A stretch of DNA of 64,000 nt. It comes from a bacterium (GTDB taxonomy: Bacteria > Bacillota > Limnochordia > DTU080 > RSA5). The position numbers were made by a program, and so were the translations under genes. This document shows positions 42,099 to 51,843 of the stretch, in pieces (position 1 is the first letter of the stretch; every line of letters begins with the position of its first letter). The stretch covers positions 8,130 through 72,129 of the forward strand of contig PKEU01000149.1 in NCBI GenBank assembly GCA_002919195.1, in the 5' to 3' direction. Under the pieces are notes generated by a model. That model was given only the letters and a program-made list of their open reading frames with translations, was not told the origin of the DNA and made no database searches.

Positions 42099-44381
42099 TC
42101 ACGAAGCCTCCTGCTCCACGCGGCTTTGCCGTTGGCTCATCGCCCTCCAAACCCGCTCACTGGTCATCGGCAGCTCGTTCATGCGCACGCCAGTCGCTCG
42201 GTAGATCGCATTGGCGATCGCTGCCGGAGGAGGCACGATCGAGACCTCACCCACGCCGCGCACACCGTAGGGACCGTCGGAGGCCGGCACCTCGATGATA
42301 CAGGTGTCGATCATCGGCAGGTCCAGCGCGGTGGGCAGCCGGTAGTCGAGGAAGGTCGGGTTGAGCATGTGGCCGTCTCTAAAGATGTACTCTTCGTAGA
42401 GTGCCCACCCAATACCTTGGGCCGCTCCGCCCTGAAGCTGCCCTTCGACGTAGGAAGGATGAATCGCTTTACCCACGTCTTGAAACTGGGTCCAGCGGAG
42501 GATTTCTACCTTGCCGGTTTCGGGGTCGACGGCCAGATCGACCAGGCTCGCGCCAAAGGCAGGCGCCATCTTGAGGCCACCCGAAACGCCCACAGCCTCA
42601 AAGTGTCCACCAGTGTGGCGAAGGTTGCGGATGACCTCCCGGATGTTGACCGAGCGATCAGGATGGCCCTTCACCTTGAAGTCGCCCGCCTCAAACACGA
42701 TCTCCTCGGCGTCGACTTCCAGCATTCTCGCCGCCCGGACCTTAAATTCAGCGATGGCGTTTTGGCACGCTTTCCAAACAGCTACCCCCGTCGAATAGGT
42801 GGTGCGGCTCCCGCCGGTGCCGTCGTTGAACCCGACGATCTGGGTATCGCCCACCATAGGCTTTACTTCTTCCATCTCCAACCACAGCTCTTCCGCGACA
42901 ATCTGGGCCATGGTGGCGCGGGTGCCGCCGATGTCGGTGGACCCCTCGATCAGGTTGACGGTGCCGTCCGTGTTAAAGGTAAGGTGCACCGTCGAGACGC
43001 CCGAGCCGTTCATCCAAAAACCGGCGGCAAATCCGCGGCCCACCCATTTGCCCTCGAGAGGAGCGTTGTAGTGCGGGTGCTCCTTGACTGCCGTCAAGAG
43101 CTCCCGGAAGCCAATGGACGGGTACGGCACGCCGTTGGTCATCCGGTCGCCCGGACCCACGGCGTTTTTCAGCCTGAGATCGACGGGGTCGATGCCCAGC
43201 CTTTCGGCGATCTCGTCGAGCACCGTCTCCACGGCAAAGGCGATCGCCGTCGCGCCGGGGGCGCGGTACGCCTTGACGCGCGGGCGGTTGGTGACGACGT
43301 CAAACCCCAGGATCTTAAAGTTGGGAATGTTGTAGGGCGATAGTCCCGTCACCGACGCGCCACCCACCGGCGAGCCCGGAAACGCCCCTGCATCATACAC
43401 CATAAACGCGTCGGCCGCGACGAGGGTGCCGTCGCGCTTTGCTCCGATCTTGAGGCGGATATAAGTGCCGGAGCTGGGGCCCGTCGCCTGAAACACTTCG
43501 GCGCGGGTCATCACCGCCTTGACGGGGCGGCCGGTCTTTTGCGACAGGAGGACGACCACGGGATCGAGGTAAGCGGTGAACTTTCCTCCAAACCCGCCCC
43601 CGATCTCCATCGGGATCACGCGGATCATGCCCTCAGGGATCTGTAGAATGGTCGCCACCTGGTTGCGGATGTCCCATGCCCCTTGAGTGCTGGTCCAAAT
43701 GGTGATCCGGCCGTCGGGAGCGACGTAGGCCGTCGAGTTGGTGGGTTCGATGTACCCTTGGTGGACCATCTGGGTCCGGAACTCCCGCTCAATCACGACA
43801 TCGGCCTCGGCCATCCCCTTGTCGACGTCGCCTCGCGCATGTTCGACCCGGCCGGCGATGTTGCTCGGCTTCGAACCCTTCCCCGCCAGGGACTCGGTAT
43901 AGAGGTCGCCGTGGAGCAACGGGGCGTCTTCTTTCATCGCCTCCAAGACGTCATCGACCACAGGCAAGGGTTCATACTCTACCTCGATGAGCGAGAGGGC
44001 CTCTTGCGCCGTCGCAAGGCTCGTCGCGGCGACGGCCGCCACGGGTTGCCCCTTGAAGTACACCTTGTCCTGGGCAAGGCACAGGGCCGTCATAAAGCGG
44101 GCTTCGATGGTCTCCTCTCCCGAAGAGACCTTTTCCGAGGACTCGATGCGCGGCAGATCATCGCCCGTCACGACGGCCATCACGCCCGGGAGCGCCAAAG
44201 CCTTGCTCACATCGATCGCTTTGATGATCGCGTGAGGATGGGGACTGCGCAGCACCTTGCAATAGAGCATTCCGGGCAGGATAACGTCGGCGCCGTATTG
44301 GTCTTTGCCCGTCACTTTCCCGTATCCGTCGGGGCGGATCGGCCGGGTGCCGATCACCCGGTACTGGGTGGCGGTGGCCAT
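42099..44381 (-). CDS. molybdopterin-dependent hydroxylase large subunit (xanthine dehydrogenase / CoxL-like)
   Basis: 760 aa with aldehyde-oxidase/xanthine-dehydrogenase a/b-hammerhead and Mo-binding domains (GGGFGGK motif, E near the C-terminus). Confidence 0.85.
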   Translation of the reverse strand: MATATQYRVIGTRPIRPDGYGKVTGKDQYGADVILPGMLYCKVLRSPHPHAIIKAIDVSKALALPGVMAVVTGDDLPRIESSEKVSSGEETIEARFMTALCLAQDKVYFKGQPVAAVAATSLATAQEALSLIEVEYEPLPVVDDVLEAMKEDAPLLHGDLYTESLAGKGSKPSNIAGRVEHARGDVDKGMAEADVVIEREFRTQMVHQGYIEPTNSTAYVAPDGRITIWTSTQGAWDIRNQVATILQIPEGMIRVIPMEIGGGFGGKFTAYLDPVVVLLSQKTGRPVKAVMTRAEVFQATGPSSGTYIRLKIGAKRDGTLVAADAFMVYDAGAFPGSPVGGASVTGLSPYNIPNFKILGFDVVTNRPRVKAYRAPGATAIAFAVETVLDEIAERLGIDPVDLRLKNAVGPGDRMTNGVPYPSIGFRELLTAVKEHPHYNAPLEGKWVGRGFAAGFWMNGSGVSTVHLTFNTDGTVNLIEGSTDIGGTRATMAQIVAEELWLEMEEVKPMVGDTQIVGFNDGTGGSRTTYSTGVAVWKACQNAIAEFKVRAARMLEVDAEEIVFEAGDFKVKGHPDRSVNIREVIRNLRHTGGHFEAVGVSGGLKMAPAFGASLVDLAVDPETGKVEILRWTQFQDVGKAIHPSYVEGQLQGGAAQGIGWALYEEYIFRDGHMLNPTFLDYRLPTALDLPMIDTCIIEVPASDGPYGVRGVGEVSIVPPPAAIANAIYRATGVRMNELPMTSERVWRAMSQRQSRVEQEAS

Positions 44382-44888
44382 CTACGCGCTCACCTCCGCG
44401 GCTTTTTCACTCTCTTCCCGCAGGACTTGGGCCGCTTTGAGGACGGCTCGCACGATCTTGTCGTAACCGGTGCAGCGGCAGAGGTTGCCAGCCAGGTAGT
44501 GGCGGACCTCAGCTTCGGTGGGATCCGGATTGACGTCGAGGAGAGCTTTGGCTGCCATGAGAAAGCCAGGGGTGCAGATGCCGCACTGCAGCGCGGCTTC
44601 TTCGAGGAAGACTTGCTGCAACGGATGCAGTTTGGAGCCGCGAGCCAAGCCTTCGACGGTTTCGATGACCGCATCCTGGGCTTGCACCGCCAGCATGAGA
44701 CAGGAGTTTACCGGCCTGCCGTTGACGATCACGGTGCACGCACCGCAGTTACCGTTTCCACAGCCTTCTTTGGTGCCCGTGAGGTGCAGCTCCTCCCGCA
44801 ACACCTCAAGCAGCGTCTGGCGGGGATCCGCCAGAAACTCGCACTCTTGCCCATTGAGCACGGCCCGGACGACCACTTTACCCAGCAT
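44382..44888 (-). CDS. (2Fe-2S)-binding small subunit of the Mo hydroxylase
   Basis: CGNGNCGAC plant-type and CGICTPG ... C..C second [2Fe-2S] motifs. Confidence 0.85.
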   Translation of the reverse strand: MLGKVVVRAVLNGQECEFLADPRQTLLEVLREELHLTGTKEGCGNGNCGACTVIVNGRPVNSCLMLAVQAQDAVIETVEGLARGSKLHPLQQVFLEEAALQCGICTPGFLMAAKALLDVNPDPTEAEVRHYLAGNLCRCTGYDKIVRAVLKAAQVLREESEKAAEVSA

Positions 44889-45786
44889 AGGCCTCTCCTC
44901 CCAAGTCTTTCACGTCAACCCCTGCCCGCTCTAACGCGGCCAGCAGAGTGCGGCGCACGAGCACTGACACTAAATGCCTACGATACTCCGCGCTGCCGCG
45001 AACGTCCGAGATGGGCCGGGCCGCGTTGACTGCCAAGCGGCTCGCCTCGTCGATCACGTCCCATGAGACCTCTTTCCCAATGAGCGCCGCCTCCGCTTCA
45101 GGGGCCCGTACCGGTGTAGGCGCGACGGCTCCCAGCGCGATGCGGGCGTCGGTGATGCGACCGCTTTGCGGCTCCCAACGTATCCACGACCCGACGCCGA
45201 CCACCGCGATGTCCATTTCATTGCGGGGAATGAAGCGCAGGTACTTGCCCCCCTCATTCTCGCCGGGGGCGGGGACGACGATCTCGACGACTAGCTCGGC
45301 GGGCTGCAAAACGGTTTGCCCTGGCCCGGTGCAAAACTCCTCGACCGGCACCACGCGCCGGCCGCTCGGACCCTGGATGACGGCCTGGGCACCAAGGCAA
45401 ATCAACGTCGGGATCGAATCGCCCGAGGGCGACGCGTTGCACAAGTTGCCGCCGATGCTGGCCCGGCTCTGTACCTGCACGGAGCCGATGATCGACGCCG
45501 AATCGACCAGCATGGGAAAAAGTCGTTGGACGTTGAGGTGCGAGTACACATCGACGCACGGAGCGGCAGCTCCCAGCCTCAGCTGCCCTTGCGCATCCAC
45601 GTCGACTCTTTTCAATTCGGGAATCCTGCCGATATCGACCACCCGGTCGAGGGTGATGCGCCCCTCGTTGAGTTGGACGACGAGATCGGTGCCGCCTGCC
45701 AAAGGCTTCGCCGGCCCTTTGCTGCTGGCCAAAGCCTCGACGGCCTCATCGATGGTCCGCGCCGCGACGTACTCAAAAGGTTTCAT
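44878..45786 (-). CDS. FAD-binding medium subunit of the Mo hydroxylase (CoxM/XdhB-like)
   Basis: PLAGGTDL FAD-binding motif and the CO-dehydrogenase flavoprotein C-terminal domain. Confidence 0.85.
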   Translation of the reverse strand: MKPFEYVAARTIDEAVEALASSKGPAKPLAGGTDLVVQLNEGRITLDRVVDIGRIPELKRVDVDAQGQLRLGAAAPCVDVYSHLNVQRLFPMLVDSASIIGSVQVQSRASIGGNLCNASPSGDSIPTLICLGAQAVIQGPSGRRVVPVEEFCTGPGQTVLQPAELVVEIVVPAPGENEGGKYLRFIPRNEMDIAVVGVGSWIRWEPQSGRITDARIALGAVAPTPVRAPEAEAALIGKEVSWDVIDEASRLAVNAARPISDVRGSAEYRRHLVSVLVRRTLLAALERAGVDVKDLGGEAYAG

Positions 45787-45969
45787 CGCAAACCTCCTCC
45801 CGGGAAACTCCCAACGCCTGGCACCCGATCCGCAACAAACCGAGAACTAATATTCTGTACCCTCCGCGAGTTTCCCTCGTCTAGCCCCGAAAAGGGCGCC
45901 ACCCTCCTTTTCCACTCCCTTTCACCTCATAGAAGAGGCTCGCGCCGGGCATGACAATCCGCGGAGGCG

Positions 45970-47760
45970 ATGGCGTTGACCGACTTGAGCATCACCATCG
46001 GCGGCGACGCGGGCCAAGGTGTCGAGTCCAGCGGCTCCACCTTCAGCTTGGCGTCGCTCCGTTCAGGCTGGAACGTCTTTAGCATTCAAGACTACCGTTC
46101 CCGCATCCGGGGTGGGCACAACTTTTACCAGATCCGCGTCGCTTCACGAGAGATCCGCTCCCACAGCGATCCCGTCCACCTCCTCCTGGCGCTCACCAAG
46201 GAGAGCATCGACATTCACCTTGCAAACCTCGCTCCCGGCGCAGGCATTTTGCACGACGACAGTTTGCGCCCCGATGAAGAGGCCGCAAGGGCTCATGGCG
46301 CGCATTTCTTTCCCATGCCGTTTACCGAGATCGCCACGCGCCATGGCAACCGGGTGATGACCAACACCGCCGCCGTCGGCGCCGGCGCCGGGCTCTTGGG
46401 CCTGTCGCTGGATGCGCTGAAAAGCGTCATCGCGGAAAGGTTTTCGGCAAAAGGCGATAAAGTGGTGGAGTCCAACCTGGCGGTAGCCGAGGAAGCGTAC
46501 AACCTCGCGCTCAAACGTTACCAAGGGACGTTCCAGCACTCGCTGAACGGCCGGGTGCCGCCCCGGAGCGAGAGGCGATCCCGAACTCCTGGACCGATGC
46601 TCATCAGCGGCAACGAGGCCTTTGCCCTGGGCGCTGCTCTGGGCGGGTGCCGGTTTGTCTCCGCCTACCCGATGACACCCGCCACCACCATTTTCGAGTG
46701 GCTGGTGAAGCGGGAAAAACAGCTCGGCATCGTCACCAAGCACGCCGAAGATGAAATCGCGGCCATCTGCATGGCGATCGGCGCTGGCTACGCCGGCGCC
46801 CGGGCCTTGGTGCCCACATCAGGCGGAGGCTTCTCGCTCATGGTGGAGGCGCTGGGAATGGCTGGCATGGTGGAAGTCCCGGTGGTGATCGCTGAAGTGC
46901 AGCGGGGCGGTCCTTCTACGGGGCTTCCGACCCGGACCGAACAGGGCGACCTCCTCTTTGCCCTTCACGCCTCGCAAGGCGAGTTCCCCAGGATCGTCCT
47001 GGCGCCGGGCACCCACGAGGAATATTTCGAAGCTGGTTGGCGCGCGTTTAACCTCGCGGAAAAGTACCAGTGCCCGGTGATCGTCCTAGCCGACCAGTTT
47101 CTCGCTGCTTCACTATCTACCATTGCGTGGGAAGCCCTCTCGTTTCAATCTGTCCGGCGCGACCGCGGCCAGCTCCTCACCGGCCAAGAGCTCGACGCCT
47201 TCGACAACGGCGAGTACCGGCGGTTTAAACTTACGCCCACCGGCATCTCGCCCCGCGCGCTGCCCGGCCACCCCAAAGCGGTCTACACGGTGGTCACCGA
47301 CGAGCACGATGAAGAGGGCCATATCACCGAGGCCATCGACAACCGCGTGGCCCAGATGGACAAACGGATGAGAAAGCTCGAAGAGGCGCGAAAAGAGATG
47401 CGCGGGCCCAAGAGGTACGGGCCTAAAGACGCGGAGCTCACCCTGATCTGCTGGGGATCGCTGGCCGGCCCTGCGGTGGAAAGCCTGCCCCTCTTGGAAG
47501 CCCAGGGGGTGCGGGCCAACGTCCTGCACTTCAGCGACATCTGGCCCTTTCCAGTCCAAGAGGCTGAAAAGGCCCTGCAAGCCGTGAAAAGAGCGGTCGC
47601 CGTGGAGCAAAATTACACGGGCCAGTTCGCCCGCCTGCTGCGCATGTGCACCGGGTTTTCGGTCTCGAGGATCATCCGGAAGTTTGACGGGCGGCCTTTC
47701 TCTCCCCAACAGATCGCGACGGCATGTCTCGAGGAGGTGGCGCAGCATGCCAGGAGCTGA
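45970..47760 (+). CDS. korA: 2-oxoacid:ferredoxin oxidoreductase alpha (alpha/gamma-fused) subunit
   Basis: 596 aa; KorA/PorA-type pattern with an N-terminal gamma-like domain (IGGDAGQGV) and an alpha domain. Confidence 0.85.
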   Translation: MALTDLSITIGGDAGQGVESSGSTFSLASLRSGWNVFSIQDYRSRIRGGHNFYQIRVASREIRSHSDPVHLLLALTKESIDIHLANLAPGAGILHDDSLRPDEEAARAHGAHFFPMPFTEIATRHGNRVMTNTAAVGAGAGLLGLSLDALKSVIAERFSAKGDKVVESNLAVAEEAYNLALKRYQGTFQHSLNGRVPPRSERRSRTPGPMLISGNEAFALGAALGGCRFVSAYPMTPATTIFEWLVKREKQLGIVTKHAEDEIAAICMAIGAGYAGARALVPTSGGGFSLMVEALGMAGMVEVPVVIAEVQRGGPSTGLPTRTEQGDLLFALHASQGEFPRIVLAPGTHEEYFEAGWRAFNLAEKYQCPVIVLADQFLAASLSTIAWEALSFQSVRRDRGQLLTGQELDAFDNGEYRRFKLTPTGISPRALPGHPKAVYTVVTDEHDEEGHITEAIDNRVAQMDKRMRKLEEARKEMRGPKRYGPKDAELTLICWGSLAGPAVESLPLLEAQGVRANVLHFSDIWPFPVQEAEKALQAVKRAVAVEQNYTGQFARLLRMCTGFSVSRIIRKFDGRPFSPQQIATACLEEVAQHARS

Positions 47761-48676
47761 CGGAACGACGAGCGCAAGCCGAAACGGCCGGAAAGACACA
47801 CAGGGCCTTACGGTCCGGAGCTTCGCCAACCACGTCAAGCCCACGTGGTGCCCGGGTTGCGGCGATTTCGGCGTCCTGACCGCCCTAAAACAGGCGCTGG
47901 TCCAACTGGAGATCTGGCCCCACGAGGCCGCAGTGATCTCGGGGATCGGCTGCGGCTCCAAAATCGTCGACTACATGCGGATCAACGGTTTTATGACTCT
48001 CCACGGCAGGCCGCTGGCCGTCGCGACGGGGGTGAAGCTCGCCAACCCCTCTTTGCACGTGATCGTCGTCAACGGCGACGGGGACGGTTACGGCATCGGA
48101 GGCAACCACTTTATGCACACGGCCCGGCGCAATCCCGACATCACCCACATCGTGGAGAACAACCAGATCTACGCGCTCACCAAAGGGCAGTACTCGCCGA
48201 CGTCGGACCGGGGCTTCAAGACGAGCACCTCTCCCGACGGAGCCGCCGAGCTCCCGGTCAATCCCCTGCTGCTGGCCCTGGCGTGTGGTGCGACCTTCGT
48301 CGCCCGGGGGTTTGCCGGCGAACCCAAGCACCTCGCCAGCCTCATCGCAGCAGGCATTCGCCACAAGGGGTATGCTCTCATCGACGTGCTGCAGCCCTGT
48401 GTCACCTTCAACAAGGTCAACACCTACGAATGGTACGCGGAGCGCATTTATCGCGTTGACGAAGAGACTGGTTACGACCCAGCCGACTTTGACGCCGCGT
48501 GGCGCATGGCGCAACAATGGGGAGACCGCATACCGGTCGGTATCATCTACCAGCGGGAAGGGATTCCGTCGTACGAGGAGTTCGTCCCGGCCCTCAAAGA
48601 GGGACCGGTAGTGCACCAACCCTTTGCCAAGGTCGACGAAGCCGTCTTTGAGAGGCTCAAACTGGAGTATACCTAG
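47747..48676 (+). CDS. korB: 2-oxoacid:ferredoxin oxidoreductase beta subunit (TPP-binding)
   Basis: WCPGCGDFG Cys motif and TPP-binding GDGDGY. Start ATG 47747 with GAGGAGGTG SD; overlaps the korA stop. Confidence 0.85.
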   Translation: MPGADGTTSASRNGRKDTQGLTVRSFANHVKPTWCPGCGDFGVLTALKQALVQLEIWPHEAAVISGIGCGSKIVDYMRINGFMTLHGRPLAVATGVKLANPSLHVIVVNGDGDGYGIGGNHFMHTARRNPDITHIVENNQIYALTKGQYSPTSDRGFKTSTSPDGAAELPVNPLLLALACGATFVARGFAGEPKHLASLIAAGIRHKGYALIDVLQPCVTFNKVNTYEWYAERIYRVDEETGYDPADFDAAWRMAQQWGDRIPVGIIYQREGIPSYEEFVPALKEGPVVHQPFAKVDEAVFERLKLEYT

Positions 48677-48716
48677 ACCCGTCAGATCACAACGTCTCGT
48701 GTGTGGAGGGACTGGT

Positions 48717-49139
48717 GTGAATTTCATCCAGCGCGTCCAAGAAAGGGCTACCGCGTTGAGCGAGGAAGAGGCCGAGGCCCTGGTCCGCCATGTGATGTAC
48801 AGCCTCTCGCAGGTGATGGATCAAAAAGACCGGGAGCGACTGGCGAAAAAGCTTCCCAAACCCATCGCAGCCTTCCTCCGCTCGGACGTGGAGTTTGCCG
48901 ATCCGTTCATCGACGAGCAGGTGTTTGTCGGCCCCCTCGTCAATGGCCTCGCCACCGAAGGCCTTTACGATCAAACGCTGGGCGGTTTGGACGTCCTGTC
49001 AGTGCATACCGGCGACGAGGCGACCCGGCGGCTGCAAGCCGTCTTTGCCGCCTTAAAAGAGTGCTTGGACGAAACTGAAAGAAGACGCCTCCAGGATGTG
49101 CTCCCGGGAGACGTCTCCCAATGGTACCAAGACGCGTGA
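48717..49139 (+). CDS. DUF2267-like hypothetical protein
   Basis: 141 aa from GTG 48717 (GGAGGGA SD); helical protein, weak family assignment. Confidence 0.5.
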   Translation: MNFIQRVQERATALSEEEAEALVRHVMYSLSQVMDQKDRERLAKKLPKPIAAFLRSDVEFADPFIDEQVFVGPLVNGLATEGLYDQTLGGLDVLSVHTGDEATRRLQAVFAALKECLDETERRRLQDVLPGDVSQWYQDA

Positions 49140-49170
49140 GACGGCCCATGTTTTCGGGTGCCATCCGCGT

Positions 49171-50127
49171 CTAGCGAAGCCACTGGCGAGGATCGACAGC
49201 CTCCCCGTTGACACGCACTTCAAAGTGGAGGTGTGGACCCGTCGAGCGCCCTGTCGAACCCACCTGCGCGATGATCTGGCCAGCCTTTACCTTGTCGCCG
49301 GGCTTCACCGCAAGCCGCGAGTTGTGCGCGTAACGGGTCTCGATGCCGCCCCCATGGTCGATCTTGACCAAAAGGCCGTAACTGCCCGCCCAGTCGGCGT
49401 AGCTGACCGTTCCGGCGGCCACGGCTCGCACCGGCGTGCCGTGGGGAGCGGCGATATCGATTCCCTCGTGCATCCTGCCGCTGCGAAGCCCAAATTCGGA
49501 CGACACCGTGCCCTGGACCGGCCAAAGATCAAAGCGGCGCCTCAGGCCTTGAGCGCCCCTGGGCGCCAGCGCCTCGACCGCGCCGCCGCCTGTGGGCGGG
49601 ATGATGAGGGTTTGCCCAACGAAAATGCGGTCGGGGTGGACCAGATTGTTGACCGCCACGAGGCTTTGCACCGTCACGCCATACTTTTGGGCAATGATCG
49701 TGACGTTTTCTCCGGCCCGGACCCGGTGCTCGATCGAGCCCGCGGAGACGATCAACTCCTGGCCCGGTCGCAGCCGACTGGGATCCGCCACACCATTCCA
49801 CGCGATCAACTGCTCGACCGTCACGCCGTAGGTACGGGCGATGTCCCATAATGTATCGCCCCGCTGGACGAGATGGATCGTGGGCGTCGTTGAAACCAGG
49901 AGGCGTTGACCGACACGCAACCGGTTGGGATCGTCAATCTGGTTGAGAGCGACCAACAACTCGACGGTGGTCCCGTAGTCTCGTGCGATATGATACAGCG
50001 TCTCTCCGGGCCGAACCACGTGGACGACCGATGCTGTTGCAGTGCCGCGAACCACTGCCAACCAAGTCCAGATCGCAGCGAGGATCACGACGGCAAGGCC
50101 CCGCGGTTGCCGTAAGATCGAGGTCAT
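49171..50127 (-). CDS. LysM-repeat (x3) M23 family peptidoglycan endopeptidase
   Basis: TM anchor, then three LysM units (Y.V..GDTL..IA..YG), and a C-terminal M23 domain (HEGIDIAA..GTPV, GYGLLVKIDHG, GRSTGPHLHFEV). Start uncertain (ATG 50127 chosen). Confidence 0.7.
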   Translation of the reverse strand: MTSILRQPRGLAVVILAAIWTWLAVVRGTATASVVHVVRPGETLYHIARDYGTTVELLVALNQIDDPNRLRVGQRLLVSTTPTIHLVQRGDTLWDIARTYGVTVEQLIAWNGVADPSRLRPGQELIVSAGSIEHRVRAGENVTIIAQKYGVTVQSLVAVNNLVHPDRIFVGQTLIIPPTGGGAVEALAPRGAQGLRRRFDLWPVQGTVSSEFGLRSGRMHEGIDIAAPHGTPVRAVAAGTVSYADWAGSYGLLVKIDHGGGIETRYAHNSRLAVKPGDKVKAGQIIAQVGSTGRSTGPHLHFEVRVNGEAVDPRQWLR

Positions 50128-50439
50128 TCCGATCCGCCCGGCCGCATGATCCAGATCCCCAACTCGCCTGCGCCTCATTGCACTCCTCCTCACCGCTACC
50201 AGCCGCGAAGCGAGGCGAATCATCCCGGCTGGACATCGCGCCTTCCCCGACCCCATGTGGACGATCAACCCCAGCTGATTCGCCCCGTCAGCCATATTAC
50301 CACAACCTGGGGCCGCATCCACTCCTAAATCGTGATCTTTTTCGCAGGTCGGCACGATGGAGAGCAGCGCCCTAGCTCGCGTAATCGACACCGCAGCCGG
50401 AAAGCCTAGTCACAAAGCCCGTCGCGGGTTGTTTGAGGA

Positions 50440-51843
50440 GTGTCCAAGGCCATGACCACCAGCCGCCGCAACCTGCTGCTTTTGGGGACAGGGGCGATCC
50501 TCGGGGGCGCCGGCCTCGTCGCCGCCGGCCGGTACTTGATCGCCCACATCGCCGACCGGGCGGTCTCGATCATCACGCGGGATCCTTACCGGGAAAACCT
50601 GTTTGAACTCTATTCGTCGGCGCGGCGAGCCGGACTGCAGACGATTGTCGAGACCGATCTGCGGGCCCAAGACCCTCGGCTGCTTCTCCGCCCATTAGGA
50701 AGCCCGAAATCCTTTCCTCACCTAGGCTCGTTGATGTTTAACCCGGCCCAGCTCTACCGGCTGCCGACGCCCTTCGATCGCCCGGTGGCCATGAACGCCG
50801 TCCTGGGCGTCCGGGCAAAAAGGCCGCTCGAAGTCGACATCCCGATCCTGGTCAGCGGTATGGGATACGGCGTGGGATTGAGCAAAGCGGCGAAGATCGC
50901 GATTGCCCGGGGGGCGTCCCTAGCCGGCACAGCGACCAACACCGGCGAAGGTCCTGTCCTCGAGGAAGAAAGGGAGGAAGCACGCAAGCTCGTCGTCCAG
51001 TACCACCGGGGTAACTGGATGGACGAGCGATGGCTCCAGCGCGCGGACATGGTGGAAATCCACCTGGGGCAAGGTGCGAGCGCGAGCGGGGGAGGCGTTC
51101 TCCCACCCGAAAAAACGAGTCCCCGCCTCAAACGCGCCATGGGTCTTCGGCGCGATCAAAAAGCCTACATTCGCTCCACCTTTCCTGAGCTGGAGCGGGG
51201 AGAGCCCCTTTCTACGTTGGTGGAGCGCGCCCGGAAGCTTTCGGGCGGCGTCCCCGTGGCGGTGAAACTCGCGGCCTCCCATTGGCTCGAGCACGATCTC
51301 GATCTTTGCGTCGAAGCAGGTGTGGACGGCGTGGTCATCGACGGCGCCCAGGCGGGCACCGCCCAATCTCCCACCATCACCGAGGATGACTTCGGCATCC
51401 CCACGCTCTATGCCCTGGTTCGCGCCCGCCGCCACTTGGATCGCATCGATCCGGGCCGGGAGATATTTCTTATCGTCTCTGGGGGGCTGTTTACACCCGG
51501 CGATTTCCTGAAATGCATCGCGCTAGGAGCCGACGCGGTTTACGTGGGGAGCGCCATCATCTTTGCGGCGATGGCTGGCCAACAGCAGCGAGCGACGCCC
51601 TGGGAGCCTCCTACCGAAGTCTTGCTCTTTCAAGGGAAAAGGAAAGGCCGCTTCTCCATCGAACAGGGCGCCCGCAATGTCGCCCGCTTTCTTAAGTCCG
51701 CCGCCGACGAGATGGCCCACGCGGTGCGCATGATTGGGAAAGAGGACGTTTACGACGTGGGCCCAGAGGACATGTGCGCTCTCGATGAGGAAACCGCGCG
51801 CATCACGGGCGTCGAACTCGCTTTTCCTTCTCATCACAGTTGA
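50440..51843 (+). CDS. glutamate-synthase-related FMN-binding (GltS FMN domain) protein with N-terminal RR-containing hydrophobic segment
   Basis: 467 aa; conserved central GltB domain-2-like region (GEG, VVIDGAQAGT, SGG...G). N-terminus MTTSRRNLLLLGTGAILGGAGLVAAG. Confidence 0.75.
   Translation: MSKAMTTSRRNLLLLGTGAILGGAGLVAAGRYLIAHIADRAVSIITRDPYRENLFELYSSARRAGLQTIVETDLRAQDPRLLLRPLGSPKSFPHLGSLMFNPAQLYRLPTPFDRPVAMNAVLGVRAKRPLEVDIPILVSGMGYGVGLSKAAKIAIARGASLAGTATNTGEGPVLEEEREEARKLVVQYHRGNWMDERWLQRADMVEIHLGQGASASGGGVLPPEKTSPRLKRAMGLRRDQKAYIRSTFPELERGEPLSTLVERARKLSGGVPVAVKLAASHWLEHDLDLCVEAGVDGVVIDGAQAGTAQSPTITEDDFGIPTLYALVRARRHLDRIDPGREIFLIVSGGLFTPGDFLKCIALGADAVYVGSAIIFAAMAGQQQRATPWEPPTEVLLFQGKRKGRFSIEQGARNVARFLKSAADEMAHAVRMIGKEDVYDVGPEDMCALDEETARITGVELAFPSHHS

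Noticed and set aside
41002-42150. Splitting the MoaD-HTH-MBL ORF into two genes (free MoaD ending in GG plus separate HTH-MBL)
   Set aside because: No stop codon, frameshift signature or internal SD/start is visible immediately after the Gly-Gly codons, and the frame is continuous. The fusion is kept but flagged, because a sequencing error cannot be excluded from sequence alone.
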